Part shown: piece by piece, positions 45,799 to 59,833 of the stretch
Numbering within the stretch: position 1 is the stretch's first letter
Layout: each line of letters opens with the position of its first letter
NCBI RefSeq assembly: GCF_009914755.1
Contig: NC_060939.1
Origin: the human T2T-CHM13v2.0 reference genome, Homo sapiens
Strand: one strand, 5' to 3'
Length of the DNA: 64,000 nt
Notes under the pieces: generated by a model
What the model was told of the DNA's origin: nothing
The model's database searches: none
Seen by the model: the letters and a program-made list of their open reading frames with translations, nothing else
Program-made: the position numbers and the translations under genes

Positions 45799-46939
45799 TA
45801 GTTAATATTTTCTTGACAAAATACTTATAATTTTAAAATACCTTTTCCAAAAGAAGTGAAAGCTTTGGAACTCAATATAAAATATTAATTTTTAGGTTAA
45901 AAAAATCACTTTACTAGACACCTTCAAGGGCAGTTTCCCTTTCTCCTACAGCCTTTTACATTCTTTACAGAAGACTCTATTGGCACATTTTAATATTGAA
46001 GGAGTTAAAAAAAGACAAAGGAACAAGTGATGTTTACAAAAAAAAAGCTGCACAAGACCAACTTAACCACAAGTACTTGCATGACAGAAGTGGCCGCTTT
46101 CCTTTTCACTGGTTTGTAAGTGGTGAGAGCTGAACAGGGAAGAAAGGAATGGTGTTTTGGCAGTGACAATGGGAAGGGGTGGAGGAAAACACTTCAGGTA
46201 AAAAGATCCCCAACAGGTGACCTAGTCTCCAATCGGTGACCTTGAAGTCATTTAACACAAAACTGCGGGGGGGGGGGGCGGTGCGGGCGGGGGAAGACAA
46301 ACGTACCATACACCTACGTTTTGTTTAACAGAACGTCGTTAACTGTATTGAAATGGATACAAAAATGCTATAATAAGTGGGGAAGATGGTATAAGTCAGC
46401 ACCAGTTTCCAAAAGGAAGTATTCCCAGTGCATCACCTTTTCCAGATTTTGTCAGCACAGACAGTCCCCCCTTTATCTTCCTGCCTCTCATCCAACCTTA
46501 CAAGGGGCAAAAGTCTTGTCCCCGCAGTCTTTATTGCCGACTCAGCCCAAGCGGCAGAGCAAGGAAAGTTTCGCCAGTCCCCGTCCCCACAGCCCCAAGC
46601 TGTCACACCCCAGCAGGCTTAGGCCCACCCGGTCGTTTTCCCTGCCCTTGAACTCAGCTTTAAAATTAATTCGACCTAAAATTAAAGTTTTAAAAATAAA
46701 TAAATAAATAAAATTAATTCAATCGATTCCGTTCCATAGAAGTCCAATTCCCAAGTTCCAAGAAATTATCCTAATAGGGAAAGGCAGGTCCCTAACCGTA
46801 TCTGGGGTAGACTCCTCCCAGGAGCATAGGTAGGGATACTGCGAGATGAGCGGCTTTGTTCACTCCTGATGCCACATCTGGAAAAGAGTTTGAAGAGGGA
46901 CTTTTCCAGTTTCCAAGTGCAAGAACTTAGAGCAAAGGA

Positions 46940-47410
46940 AGGGGTTAGAGATAGCGCTGCGCACGCCCACCCTCTTTCCCGGCCCAGCTGTATCCAAGCG
47001 CGGGCCGTCCCCTCCTGCGCCGTGCTCTGAAGGCGGGAAGGCGTGCGGCTGCACCAGCCAGGGGCAGACGAAGACCACCAGCCTGGGACCCGGCAGCCCG
47101 ACCTGCGCTCTGGGGGTGCCTGCCTTACCTGAGCCGTGGGGCGGAGGAGCGGCAGAGGCCAGGCAGGCTGGCGGGTCTCGCCCTTAGGGTCACGGGTACC
47201 GGCCCCGCCCGCCTCGCCCCGCCCCGCCCCGCCCCGGTCCTGCCCCCGCAGCGCGCGGACCCGGCTAGCTCTGGCCCCAGCCGCCCGCGGGCCGGTGCAC
47301 CCGCTCTCCCTTCCTGCAACCTGGACCCGCTGCCTCCCTCCCTCCCTCCCTCCTTCTCTCACTTGCGGTGGCGGCTGGAAAAGGCCCGCCAGCAGCCTGC
47401 GGTTGCCTGT
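46940..47410. promoter_or_regulatory. CpG-island, TATA-less promoter of WDR72 with tandem GC boxes (47203-47235)
   Basis: Abrupt GC/CpG enrichment in an AT-rich window; repeated GGGGCGGGGC on the minus strand (Sp/KLF sites). Confidence 0.88.
47129..47200 (-). other. WDR72: WDR72 non-coding exon 1 (5' boundary/TSS approximate)
   Basis: Strong donor CTCAG|gtaagg inside the only CpG island, directly downstream of a GC-box array; no ATG in the exon. Confidence 0.8.
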
Positions 47411-47512
47411 CCTCTCAGGGCTGGAGAGAATTAGTTAGGGGGGGTTAGATCAAAAGAGCCTAGGTGACGTGAACTCTTGACCCTAGGCATTGGCAGAGAT
47501 GAGGCCTCAACC

Positions 47513-48999
<1,487 letters not shown>

Positions 49000-49036
49000 T
49001 CTTTTGGTAAGGGATGGAAGGACGTTTTCCTCAAGA

Positions 49037-49374
49037 CTGCATAGGCATGGTGGCTCATGCCTGTAATCCCAGCGCTTTAGGAGGCTGAGGTGAATAGATT
49101 GCTTGCTCCCAAGAGTTTGAGACCAGCCTGGACAATAGGAGGAGACCCCCATCTCCACAAAAAATACAAAAATTAGCCAGGCGTGGTGGCTGTGCACCTG
49201 TAGTACCAGTTCCTCTGGAGGTTGAGTCAGGAGGGTCACTTGAGTCTGTGAGTTGAAGGCTGCAGCTAGCTGTACCACTGCACTCCAGCCTGAGAAACAG
49301 AGCATGACTCTGTCAAAAACAAAAACAAAAACAATCAAACAAAAAACCAAAGCAGAAAACCCACAAAACAAAAA
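49037..49374 (+). mobile_element. AluJ
   Basis: Diverged dimeric Alu with an A-rich tail. Confidence 0.85.
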
Positions 49375-50295
49375 ATGCAGCTTCTGAATAGGGAAAAGCC
49401 ATTAAAAGTATCAAGAGTGGGTGAAAAATTCAACATTGAAACCAGCATCCTAGCCTGTTGTGAATAGACTAAGTACCTAAACTGAATGACTGGGTGGTTT
49501 AGTAAAATGTGGGGTGGGGAGACACTGCTTTTTTTTTTAAGGTTTCTCAGTTACATGACTTTACCCTCCAAATCCTATTGGCTCCTTAGTCTTGGATTCT
49601 AATACTCCTGGAAGCAGGTTGGGAGAGATTTTAACTCCTCCTTTTTTTCACTGATATCTGGCTTCCCAAATATTAAGGATATTTGGCCAGGCCCAAGTAA
49701 GATCACAGGTTTTCCATCTCTTAAACTTCACATATCCTGGGTCTTCCTGCATGCAGTGTTTCCTACTAGAGCACTCCTCTCGCCTTCTGCATCCTTTGGG
49801 ACTGGTTCATTTCCATTCTGGATTCTCACTTCCCTCCTGCAGGTTAGATGTGCTTGTTACTCACTCCTAATTACCTTGCTTCCTCTGTCATTACACTTGT
49901 CACAACTGACTACCATTGCTTGTGCATTGGCCTCCCCTGCTTGACTGTAAGCTCTGTAAAGGCAGGGACACCAAGCACGTAGGAGATACAGAATAAATGT
50001 TGTTGAATGATGTGCCTGTGACAGTCAACTGTTAAGGCATTCCCAGCCATCAACTCTTTAATGAATTTCCCTCACCAATCCTTTCCTTCTAAGTCTGCAG
50101 GTTCTTATATCAAAGTTAATATCCCCACACATCCCCTCATCCCCAAGCCTTCATCCTACCTCTTGAGCAGAGCCTTCTCCATAGTTTTCATAGTCGCAAA
50201 TGTAGAAAGAGGTCTAGACCTAGTTGCTCTTGTCTGAGCTCTGCTGTAGCTAGCTTAGTGGTCTTAGAGACCCTCAGCCTCTCTGTGTCTCAGAT

Positions 50296-51200
50296 CAGGG
50301 CTGGCTTATCCATTAGGGACGGTGCCCAGGACCCATAATAATTTGGGGGCCCACAAAATGGGGGCAGAGAGAAAAGAACAAAAGAACATTTAAGTCAAAG
50401 AAAGTCTTGTAATATATTATTTTAATGTGTTGGTCTTTGTACCAATGTAGTCACTGACCATGTTGAATTTTACCCAAGTCCTGTGATCCTGGAAAACATG
50501 AAGGGTTAAAGGAACCCTCCCACTCTTTAGTGTTCCAGAAAACAGCTTATACAAGGAAAGATCCTCCCCCATGTGACTTAGTTAAGACTTGCTGATGCCA
50601 ACCTTGTTTTTTTAATGACAAAGCTGAACATAGACGCTCCACCATTCCGTTCTTTGCATCATTAATGATTAGCTGAACTGTTTCATCCACTGACCAATGT
50701 GGACAGAATATCTGCTACCTTGACTTGACCCAATTTTAGTTAGAATTCTCTCTTTCTCCTGGCCCCTGAGCTTTGACCTGCCCTTTGCCTGAGCCATGAT
50801 ACAACCCCTCCTTAAGAGCCCCTCCTGAAAATCGGGTGATCATAGGGTAGAATTTTCTCTTTTCTACTGTAAGATCATTCACCCTAACTCATTCCACTTT
50901 TCGACATCCTGTTACTTCCAGTATTGTTTATTCCTTCCTAGAAAAGAAAAGACCTTTTCTGCCTAACCTTTGAGAGGTTTGTATATCTCAGGATCAAAGT
51001 TTTCTTCTAATTGCAATAGTCCCCTTCCTCCTACTGCAAGTCACTTTCTCTCCATTGCAATACTCCTTTAGAATAAAAGTCTTTGCTTACCCAAGTCTAT
51101 ATTTTTAATTTGACATTGTAAGATATAATTTTTAATATTGTTTATAAATGAAGAGGCCTCCCCAAAGCAAAAATGCACACTAAAATCATAATGTGAACCT
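50296..51200. mobile_element. MER96B-like hAT MITE split by an LTR
   Basis: cagggctggcttatccattagg...gggggcccacaaaat...gtagtc | aagatataatttttaatatt...aatcataatgtg. Confidence 0.75.
50455..51115 (+). mobile_element. ERV1-class solo LTR (subfamily unresolved)
   Basis: TG...CA ends, AATAAA near the 3' end, ~660 bp, degenerate 4-bp TSD tcac/ttgt. Confidence 0.75.
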
Positions 51201-51712
51201 GCCTCAGATTCCTCACTGTTAAATGGAGAAGCTGAATTAGGTAGACCAAGATACCTTTTGCCAAAATTAATGAATTCAGAAGCAGAATTATCTGCTCTTG
51301 GTTAGTCAGTAGGAAGCAACTGACAGAATGACATGCCCACCTCATTTATTACACATCTTATTCATTGCTACTTCTTTGACTGGACTCAGGGCTCTTCCTG
51401 TGCCTGACTTATGGGATAAAATAGAGGTCTCCCAGGCTTCATTTCTGAAAGTTCCGGCACACAAATAAGACCTTTGATTGTGTACCAACCTATATGTATT
51501 TCTTGGGTCCTGACACAGTGGGTATTGGTTATAGCAATAGTTTATCCCTTCCTCCCTTTATTTCTTGTTTTCTTATTCATGTAGCATATGATATTATAAC
51601 TGAAAAAGCTCCATAAGTTCTAAAGTAAAAACAACATGATATGCAATTTGATATCTCACCCATTCAGATGAAATTTCATAATTTCCCCACTTCTTTAAGA
51701 AGAGTTCATTTT

Positions 51713-51817
51713 GTGCTTGCTTCGACAGCACATACAGTAAAAATGGAATGATACAGAGAAGACTAACATCTCCCCTGCACAAGGATGACATCCAAATGTA
51801 TGAAGCATTCCATTTTT
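51713..51817 (+). pseudogene. U6 snRNA pseudogene (full length, diverged)
   Basis: gtgcttgcttcgacagcacata...gatacagagaaga...cccctgcacaaggatgaca...gaagcattccattttt. ACAGAGA box kept, catalytic AGC triad lost (actaacatc), no recognisable upstream PSE/TATA. Confidence 0.93.
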
Positions 51818-53830
51818 CAAAGTGAAATAAATCATAATTTTTTAAAAAACAAGAGGATTGGACTTTTAGTATAATTTGTTTTCCAAGATTAAATAAATAT
51901 ACATTAAAATAAATATATAGAAGAGGAAGATAAAAAATATATATCTCAAACAATAGCAATCTAAAAGAACTTTAGTATCTTTTTTTCAGTGTATTTCTTT
52001 CTTGCTTCACTGAAAAAGTACTTGTTTATGTATTTGTAATGTTATACAGGTACAGTTTATATCCTTTCCCTTAAACAATACATTATAAGAAGTTTACCTT
52101 GTTGCTACATTGTCTTCATAATTATCCTTTTTAATAGCTGCATAATAGACCATCAAATAGATGCTTTGTAATACGACTGCTTCCCATGCTTCCCACTTGC
52201 TGGGTGTTTGTTTCTAAATTTTAACTAAATTATGCTGTGTTGAATATTTTGTTAGGACAGATTTCCAGAAGCAGAATTATTAAGTCAAAATGTATCCCTA
52301 TTTTTTATGCCTCTCCATACAACTTTCCAAGTTGATTTTTAATAGTTGGAGCAAATGCTTCCATCAGTGTGTGAGAGCCAATTTCTCCACCAAGGAAATA
52401 TTTAACTGGGGATTAAATATACATATTCTCAGTGTTTGCAAATTTGATGTACTACATTGACTATTAACTCCATGAGGGGCTATGTCTGTTTGTTCACCAT
52501 CTCCTTGCTCAATAATTATTTGGTAAATAGTGAATAGAAGACTGAATGAAGGAAAAGTTGTATCTTATCACGCTGTTGAACAAACTGCATTTTGGAATGC
52601 AATGAACTAACACAGTTTATAAGTGCCATAAAATATCCTTATTTTTCTTTGGTCTTAATCCTTGGACTGAGAAGTGGTCATTAAAAACTCATCTAGAATT
52701 GGCATTCAAGGCAGGGTTGAATAAAATTGGAGGTTCTAAAGCAATGTTTCTGAAAAGGCCTTTTCTCCTTTGAATAAAGAAAAATTAATAGTGCACTGAA
52801 TATCTCAAACCCAAACATTGATGTTATCGCCTAAACCACAAAGAATTTTTGGGAAGTATTGTGCCTATTTGGCCTTGTTTCCAGTGTATGAATTTCTATA
52901 CTGTCGAGGCACAGGTAGCCTCAACACAGCATGATCAAAACTGGGCTAATAATAAACCCGGAATGACAGCCTATTTAAAGAAAAATGGTGCCCCTAACAC
53001 ATGCCCCTAGAGGGGATGCATATGAGACCAACTGCCTTGGACAGCAAGAATGTGTTCAGTGTAACAGATGGGAGAGGATGAAGAGAGCATGCCCTCTGTC
53101 TCTCTCTTTAGATGATGGAAGGGGACGTGCAGTTAATCCTTAGTTTAGGATATAAGGGAGAACAAAAAGAAAGGAACCACAAGGATTCCCTTAACTTGCT
53201 CATTCCTTACATCTTTATTTTTCCCAAAGAAAAGCAAGTTAGAGCTTAGACATCAGCAGGAAGAGCAAGCTGGCAGGTGAAAGCCAAACTGGACACTGGA
53301 AGGTGATTTGTTTGGTTGGCTTGGTATTGGTGCTGTTATTTTTAACTGGCATTTGAATGTTGTAGGCCTCGCCACTCCCTGTAGTCTTCACCCATGTATA
53401 CTACCTGCTTGGCCTCTGAAGACACTCAACTTTGTGTTCCTAGAATACTTTGTGGTTCTCAGAAAAGTGTCCTGATTTTAAAAACTACCTCCTACCTTTC
53501 CTCCCATCACATTAATAAGGCTAGCCAGACAATGATGACTTACTTTATAATCTGTTAATCTCTGTACTGCAGGATTCAGGTGTTTGAACAAATGACAAAT
53601 ATTTCACTTATAGTTGAAATGTGTTTCTTTGCTGATAAGATGCTATGCAGTGTGAACCCCTCTTCCTTTTAAGCACTGAAAGATTTTTGCCAGATACAAT
53701 AAATATCTTTGGAGAAGATGTGGTAATTTCCAATCAGAAAGATGCTCTGACATATTATAGTACAAAAAATGACTAGAAATAATGCCTAAGTAAATTAGTT
53801 TGGTCAGTCTGTGAAATGATAAGAATAACT

Positions 53831-54358
53831 CGTGATGGTTTAGTATATGCCCAGAAATTATTTGAAACTCCTCCCTCTGGTGAAGCCTTAATTCTCTCTG
53901 CGGGCAATATTTAGTGACTACCTTCCAACAAGAAGAACACGGTAGATATGATGGAGAACAACTGTGAAATGTAGATTGTAAAATGACAGTGTAACTTCCA
54001 CCTTGTTCTTTCTGCTGCTGGGGTCATTCTCTCTGGGGGAAGCCACTCCAGCAGCTCTATGGAAAGACCCATGTGTTCAGGAACAGAGGTCTATTTCCAG
54101 CAGCCGTCAAGAAACCCAGGCCTCCTCCTGTGAATGCGCCAGCTTGTAGACAAATCCTCTAGCTTCAGTCAGACTGACAGTCCCAGCTGGTATCTTGACT
54201 GCAACTTTATGAGAAACACTGTACCAGAACCACACATCTCAACCACTCCTGAATCCCTGTCACATAGATACTCTGCAATAATAAGGCCTTTTCATTATTA
54301 CATATACCCCACTAAGTTTTGAGGGTAATTTGTTACACATTAATAAATAACTAATACA
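53831..54358 (+). mobile_element. MLT1 (F/G-like) MaLR LTR
   Basis: ...ccagaaattatttgaaactcctccc...cactaagttttgagggtaatttgttacac...aactaataca. Confidence 0.7.
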
Positions 54359-56067
54359 GAATTTATTCAGGAACCTTCCTTGATGAGGATGTGCTAAGGA
54401 TGACAATAATAATAATAATATCTGGCATTTTCAAAGTTTTCTTTATTATAATGTCATGTATCTTCTAAAAACCTTTTGGTTGCCTAAATTATGTGGGCAT
54501 TGGTCATTCTTGTTGATGATTCAGTTTTTGCCCCTGTTTTCCATGGTTGGAAACCCACTTCCTTCTTTAGGAGTCAGAGCCTGTATTTTTCCTGGAGAAG
54601 TTGTAAACAGTTCATTGCTTACTCTTCAGTGTTCCATTATACACACGGCTCGAACACATGTTCTAGCTTCTGCCAATCAGACCCACAGCTCTAGACAAAA
54701 CACATTCTTGTGAGGGAGATGGCAGCACCACAGCCACACCTGATTTTCAAAGGCAGTGGTGCAGTGTCTAGTGGCTGCATCCAAGGACACTAGCAGAGTG
54801 TCAATGGTGCAGGATCCACTGTCTATGCCCAGCTGGTGACAGTGATGATGGTACAAGTTCTGCAGTATGATTTTCAATTTTGTCAGGATTGCATAACATT
54901 CAAACTTAGTTTTCTATTTCCTGGGAGAGATCCAACGCCCTTTCATAAAATCCTTTTCTATTTAGATTCCCATGTCGCTTTATTTTGCACACAACTAAAA
55001 ACTGTGACCGATACAGGCAGCTCCATTTTACAGATGGGATAATTGAGAACCAAAGATGTTAAATGATGTGTTGTTAGATATAAGTAGCAAGTGATAGAAT
55101 TGAAATACATTAACTAGTACAGATTGAACTAAGCAAATAAAGTAATATTCAAATTTAGAATTAAAATGCAAAGGCTTTAGATACTTAAAAAAAACCATAT
55201 TAATTGTTTTCCTTTAAACTAGATAAAGTGCTAGTTCCCTGTTCTAATCCATATATTAATTGTCAGCATTATGGCATTGAAGCCCTTGCTGCTTCAGAAA
55301 TGGACCATGCTTTTCCACGCTTTCTTGATTTTACACAGATACCTCTTCATGGAAATGCTTTTATCTGTCCATCTCTGCCTCCCACTCATTAATCAGTTTG
55401 CCTGGAGGTTACTTCGAAACCCAGATGTTGTGATGATTATTCTTTGAAGCCTCTTCTGAGCCCTCGGGAAAAGGTATTTATTCTCATCCACCTCTAATGC
55501 TTTCCCAGAGTTCTGTTTATATCCATGATAAAATGCTTAAGTTTGTTTACCTGTCTGCCTGACTTCACCCCATCTCACCAACAAAAGGAGTGGAAAGACC
55601 CCAGACTCTGCCCAACCAATAGAGGGACATTAGGACAAAGTCTACATATGGAACAGGGATCCCAAGGCTGGAATGACAGCTATAAGAATGCTGACAGCTA
55701 GGCAGATAACCCCTGTACAGGATACTGGAGACATTTTCTCAAAAGAAATTGAATGATTCCAGAAAAAGTCCTCAAAAGCATGACATTTGCAAGTTTCTCA
55801 AGCAAATGGGTGAGTATACATATGATTCTGAGGATTTGCCAATCCACACCTTGCAGGAAGAATGCCAACTCAGATTGTAGTACTTTAAATTTACATTATA
55901 ATAAAAAACAAAGGATCATCAGAATTATGTAGAAAACTTCCAATAAGAAAGAGATCAAAACACATCAATTAGAAATGGAAAAAGGAAGAGGAGACAGAGC
56001 AAGATGCTCAAGTAGAAAAGGAAAAGGGAAGAAATAATTTAGGGAGCGGGAAAAAAATTTAATCAAC

Positions 56068-57778
56068 ATAATGAAGAGACAATCTACCAAATGGGAGAAA
56101 ATATTTGCAAACTATACATCTGATAAGGGGTTAATATTCAAACTATTTAAGGAACTCAAACAACTTCATAACAATTAAAAAAATAAAAAATGGACAAAAA
56201 TCTGAATACACATTTCTCAAAAGAAGACAGACAAATGGCCAAGAAGTATCTGAAAAAATGCTTAACATTAGTAATCATCAGGGAAATGCAAATCAAAACC
56301 ACAATGAGATCTCACCTCACTCCTGTTAGTATGGCTATTATCAAAAAGACCAGACATAAGTGTTGGTGAGAATGTGAAGGAAGGGGAACACTTTCACTCT
56401 GCTGATAAGTCTGCAAATTCATATAGCCATTAAAGAAAATGGTATGGAGTTTCCTCAGAATAGAAACAAAATTACCATATCATCCAGCAATGCCACTATT
56501 GGATACATAGCCAAAGAAAATGAAATCAGTATGTCAAAGAGGTATCCGAAATACCATATTCATTGCTGCAGTATTCACAATAGCCAAGATGTGTAATCCT
56601 CCTATGTGTCTATCAGCAGATGAATGGATAAAGAAAATATGATAGACATACATAATGGAATACTATTCATCCATAAAAAAATAAGGAAATCCTGTCATTT
56701 GCAAAAACATGGAAGAATCTGGAGGACATTATGTGAAGTAAAATAAGTCAAGCACAAAAAGACAAAAATACCACATCATCTCACTCATATGTGGAATCTA
56801 AAAAAGCTGATATCTTAGAAGTAGAAAGTAGAACAGTGTTTACTACAGGCTGCAGTGGTTAGAGTGGAGCCAGCTCAGGGAGATGTTAGCCAAAGTGTTA
56901 CGAGAAAGGGGTCCCCATCCAGACCCCAAGAGAGGGTTCTTGGACCTTGCATGAGAAAGAATGTGGGGCAAGTCCATAAAGTGAAAGCAAGTTTATTAAG
57001 AAAGTAAAGGAATATAGAATGGCTACTCCACAGGTATAGCAGCCCCAGGGCAACTGGTTGGTATTTTTATGATTATTTCTTGATTATATGCTAAACAAGA
57101 GGTGGACTATTCATGAGTTTTCTGGGAAAGGGGTCAGCAATTCCCAGAACTGAGGGTCCCTTCCCCTTTTAGACCATATAGGGTAACTTCCAGATGTTGC
57201 CATGGCATTTGTATACCGTCATGGCACTAGTGGGCACGTCTTTTAGCGTACTAATGTGCTATGATTAGCATATAATGAGCAGTGAGGACGATCAGAGGTC
57301 ACTGTCATCACCATCTTGGTTTTGGTGGGTTTTAGCCAACTTCTTTACCACAACCTGTTTTATAGGCAAGGTCTTTATGACCTGTACCTTGGGCTGACCT
57401 CCTATCTCATCCTGTGACTTAGAATGCCTTCACCTCCTGGGAATGCAGCCCAGTAGGTCTCTGCCTTATTTTACTCAGCCCCTATTCAAGTTGGAGTTGC
57501 TCTGGTTCAAATACCTCTGACAAAAGGAGATGTAATTACAATTAGAAAAGAGGAAAAAGTACAGGAGATATGTTATACAGCACAATGATTATCGTTAATG
57601 ATGATATATTCTTGAAAAATGTAGAGTGGATGTTAAATGTTCTCACCACAAAAATGATAACTATGTGAGGTAATACATTTGTTAATTAGCAAGATTTAAC
57701 CATTCCATAATATTTATGGATTTCAAAACATCATGCACATGCTAAATGCTTATAATTTCATCTGTCAATTAAAAAATA
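56068..57778 (+). mobile_element. L1MA-type 3' region interrupted by MER41
   Basis: ORF2-end/3'UTR motifs continue across the LTR (agatgttagccaaag|gagatgtaattac). Confidence 0.85.
56896..57522 (-). mobile_element. MER41B-type ERV1 solo LTR
   Basis: Minus strand begins TGTCAGAGGTATTTGAACCAGAGCAACTCCAACTTGAATAGGGGCTG; 627 bp; perfect 4-bp TSD AAAG; tandem GAS region present. Confidence 0.9.
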
Positions 57779-57789
57779 ATAGTATCAAA

Positions 57790-59215
57790 GAAATTGACAG
57801 ACATTCTAAAATTATAAGAAAAGGCAAAGAACTGGAATAGTCAGCAATTTTGAAAAAGAATAATTCTGGAGAACTCACATTCTCTGATATCAAAGCGTAC
57901 TCTCAAGCTACAGTAATCAGGACACTCCAGTGGTGGTAAAAGCCCAGACATATACATCAGTGAAGCAAAACAGCATCCTGAAACAGGCTCAAATGTGTAG
58001 AGTTAACTGATTTAAAAAAAAATTTTTTTTATTATTATTATACTTTAAGTTTTAGGGTACATGTGCACAATGTGCAGGTTTGTTAAAGTTGCTAAAGTAA
58101 TTGTATGGAGAAAGGATAGTCTTTTCAACAAATGATGCTAGAACTATTGTCATCCATACACTAAATGAATTAATGAATGAATACATTTTAACCTACACCT
58201 TGCACCTTAAAATTAACTCAAAATGGATCATAGCTCTAAATGTAAAACATAAACCTGTAAATCTTCTGTAAGAAAACATAGAAGAGATTTTTTGTTACTT
58301 TGAGTTAGGCAAAAAGCAATATCCATAAAATAAAAAAATTGAAAAATAGTACTTTATCAAAGAACTTCTGGTTTATGAAGAACACTATTGAGGGAAAGAA
58401 AAGAAAAGCCACAGATCGGGAGAAATTATTTGCCAATCATATATCTGGTAAAGGACTTCTATCAGAATACAAAAGAATGCTCCAAACTCAACAGTAAGTA
58501 CACTAACAATTGAATTTTTAAATCTGTTAAAAGATTTGGCCACTTCACCAAAGAAAATGTTACTGATGAAAAATGAACAGATGATGCAATGCCCCACATC
58601 ATTTGTTATTAAAGAAATGCACAGTAAGCCACAATGAGATATTACTAAGCCCCTATTGAAATGGCTGAAGTTTTTAAAATATTGGTATTATGAAATGCCA
58701 GTGAGGATACAGAAGATTTAAAATTATCATACAGCGGTGGGGGATTGTAAAATGATAAGAAATTTTGGGTAATGTTTTCCAGTTTCTTCCAAAGTTAAAC
58801 ACTTGCTTTGTGATCTATCAATGCTACTCCTTGGTAAAGTGATAAATGAAAACTTATGTTCATATAAAGTCCAGTTTGTGAATACTTATCATAGCTTTAT
58901 TCATAAGTGGAAACAGCTTAGATTGGTGAGTATACAAACTCTCATATATCTATATATTGGAATGCTACTCAGTAATAAAAAGGAACAAATTATTAATGCA
59001 TGCAACAACATGGCTGAATCACAAGTGCATTATGCTACATGAAACAAGCCAGGTTGGAGACTATATACTTTAGTGGTTGCCTTGGAGATGGAATAAGTAT
59101 TTTGGATAATAAAACTGTTCCATATCCAGACTGTGTTGGTGGTTACACGACTGTATCTATTTGCCATTTTTGATAGAATCAAACTCCACAAAGTGTGAAT
59201 TTACTGTAGGTAGAC
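57790..59215 (+). mobile_element. Old L1MC/MD fragment
   Basis: Degenerate ORF2-end motifs (aagctacagtaatcag, ttaactcaaaatggatcatag). Confidence 0.75.
58023..58085 (-). mobile_element. ~60-bp 3' tip of a young L1PA element
   Basis: tttttttttattattattatactttaagttttagggtacatgtgcacaatgtgcaggtttgtta. Confidence 0.88.
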
Positions 59216-59773
59216 TTAAAGAAAAAACCTAGGAACTAAAGGGTCATTCATTTAACCATTAACCATGTATTAAATAGAACTAAGCAGAGACTAGAATGTG
59301 TTTATCACCAGTGTAATAACAACTCACCAAAAGAAAGCAAAACAGTTCAGTGACTGAGTAGACCAAGAATCATTTCAAGAAATATCATATCAGGATGACA
59401 CTTTACAAATAGAAAAAGAATGGGTTCAAATGCCTCTTTTGTGCAACCTTTACAATATGTATTTGAAATTATTTGCACTTGAAATTATTTACTTTTATGC
59501 TTTGGTAGATAATCCCTGAGTCTTCTTTAAAGCAGAGACTTCCTTTTATTAAAACCTGAAATTACTTGAAATTCACGAAAAGAGCCAGAGATTTGTGATC
59601 TGTGAATTCTGGGCCTGACATTATGTATGTGACTGTAAACAAATCACACAATCTTCAGAAACATATTTAACAGTCAGGGGCTCATATATAAACTGTAGGC
59701 AATATGCACATGTGAGACATAAGAATTACTAAACTAATTCTGTCTCTGCAGAGGTGCAGACACAGACATGGAG

Positions 59774-59794
59774 TCTCTTCTCTCTCTCTCTCCC

Positions 59795-59825
<31 letters not shown>

Positions 59826-59833
59826 TCTCTCCC
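59774..59833. repeat. (CT)n microsatellite
   Basis: Seen directly. Confidence 0.95.

Noticed and set aside
46029-46330. Forkhead-like TGTTTAC/TGTTTAA motifs near the promoter (possible FOXI1 link)
   Set aside because: Short AT-rich motifs expected frequently by chance.
46766-47438. 198-aa and overlapping ORFs across the CpG island
   Set aside because: GC-rich sequence is depleted of stop codons; the translation is Arg/Gly/Ala/Pro-rich and reads through the exon 1 donor.
51713-51817. Functional U6 gene or U6-L1 chimera
   Set aside because: Many substitutions including loss of the AGC triad; no promoter elements; no L1 3' sequence or clear TSD downstream.
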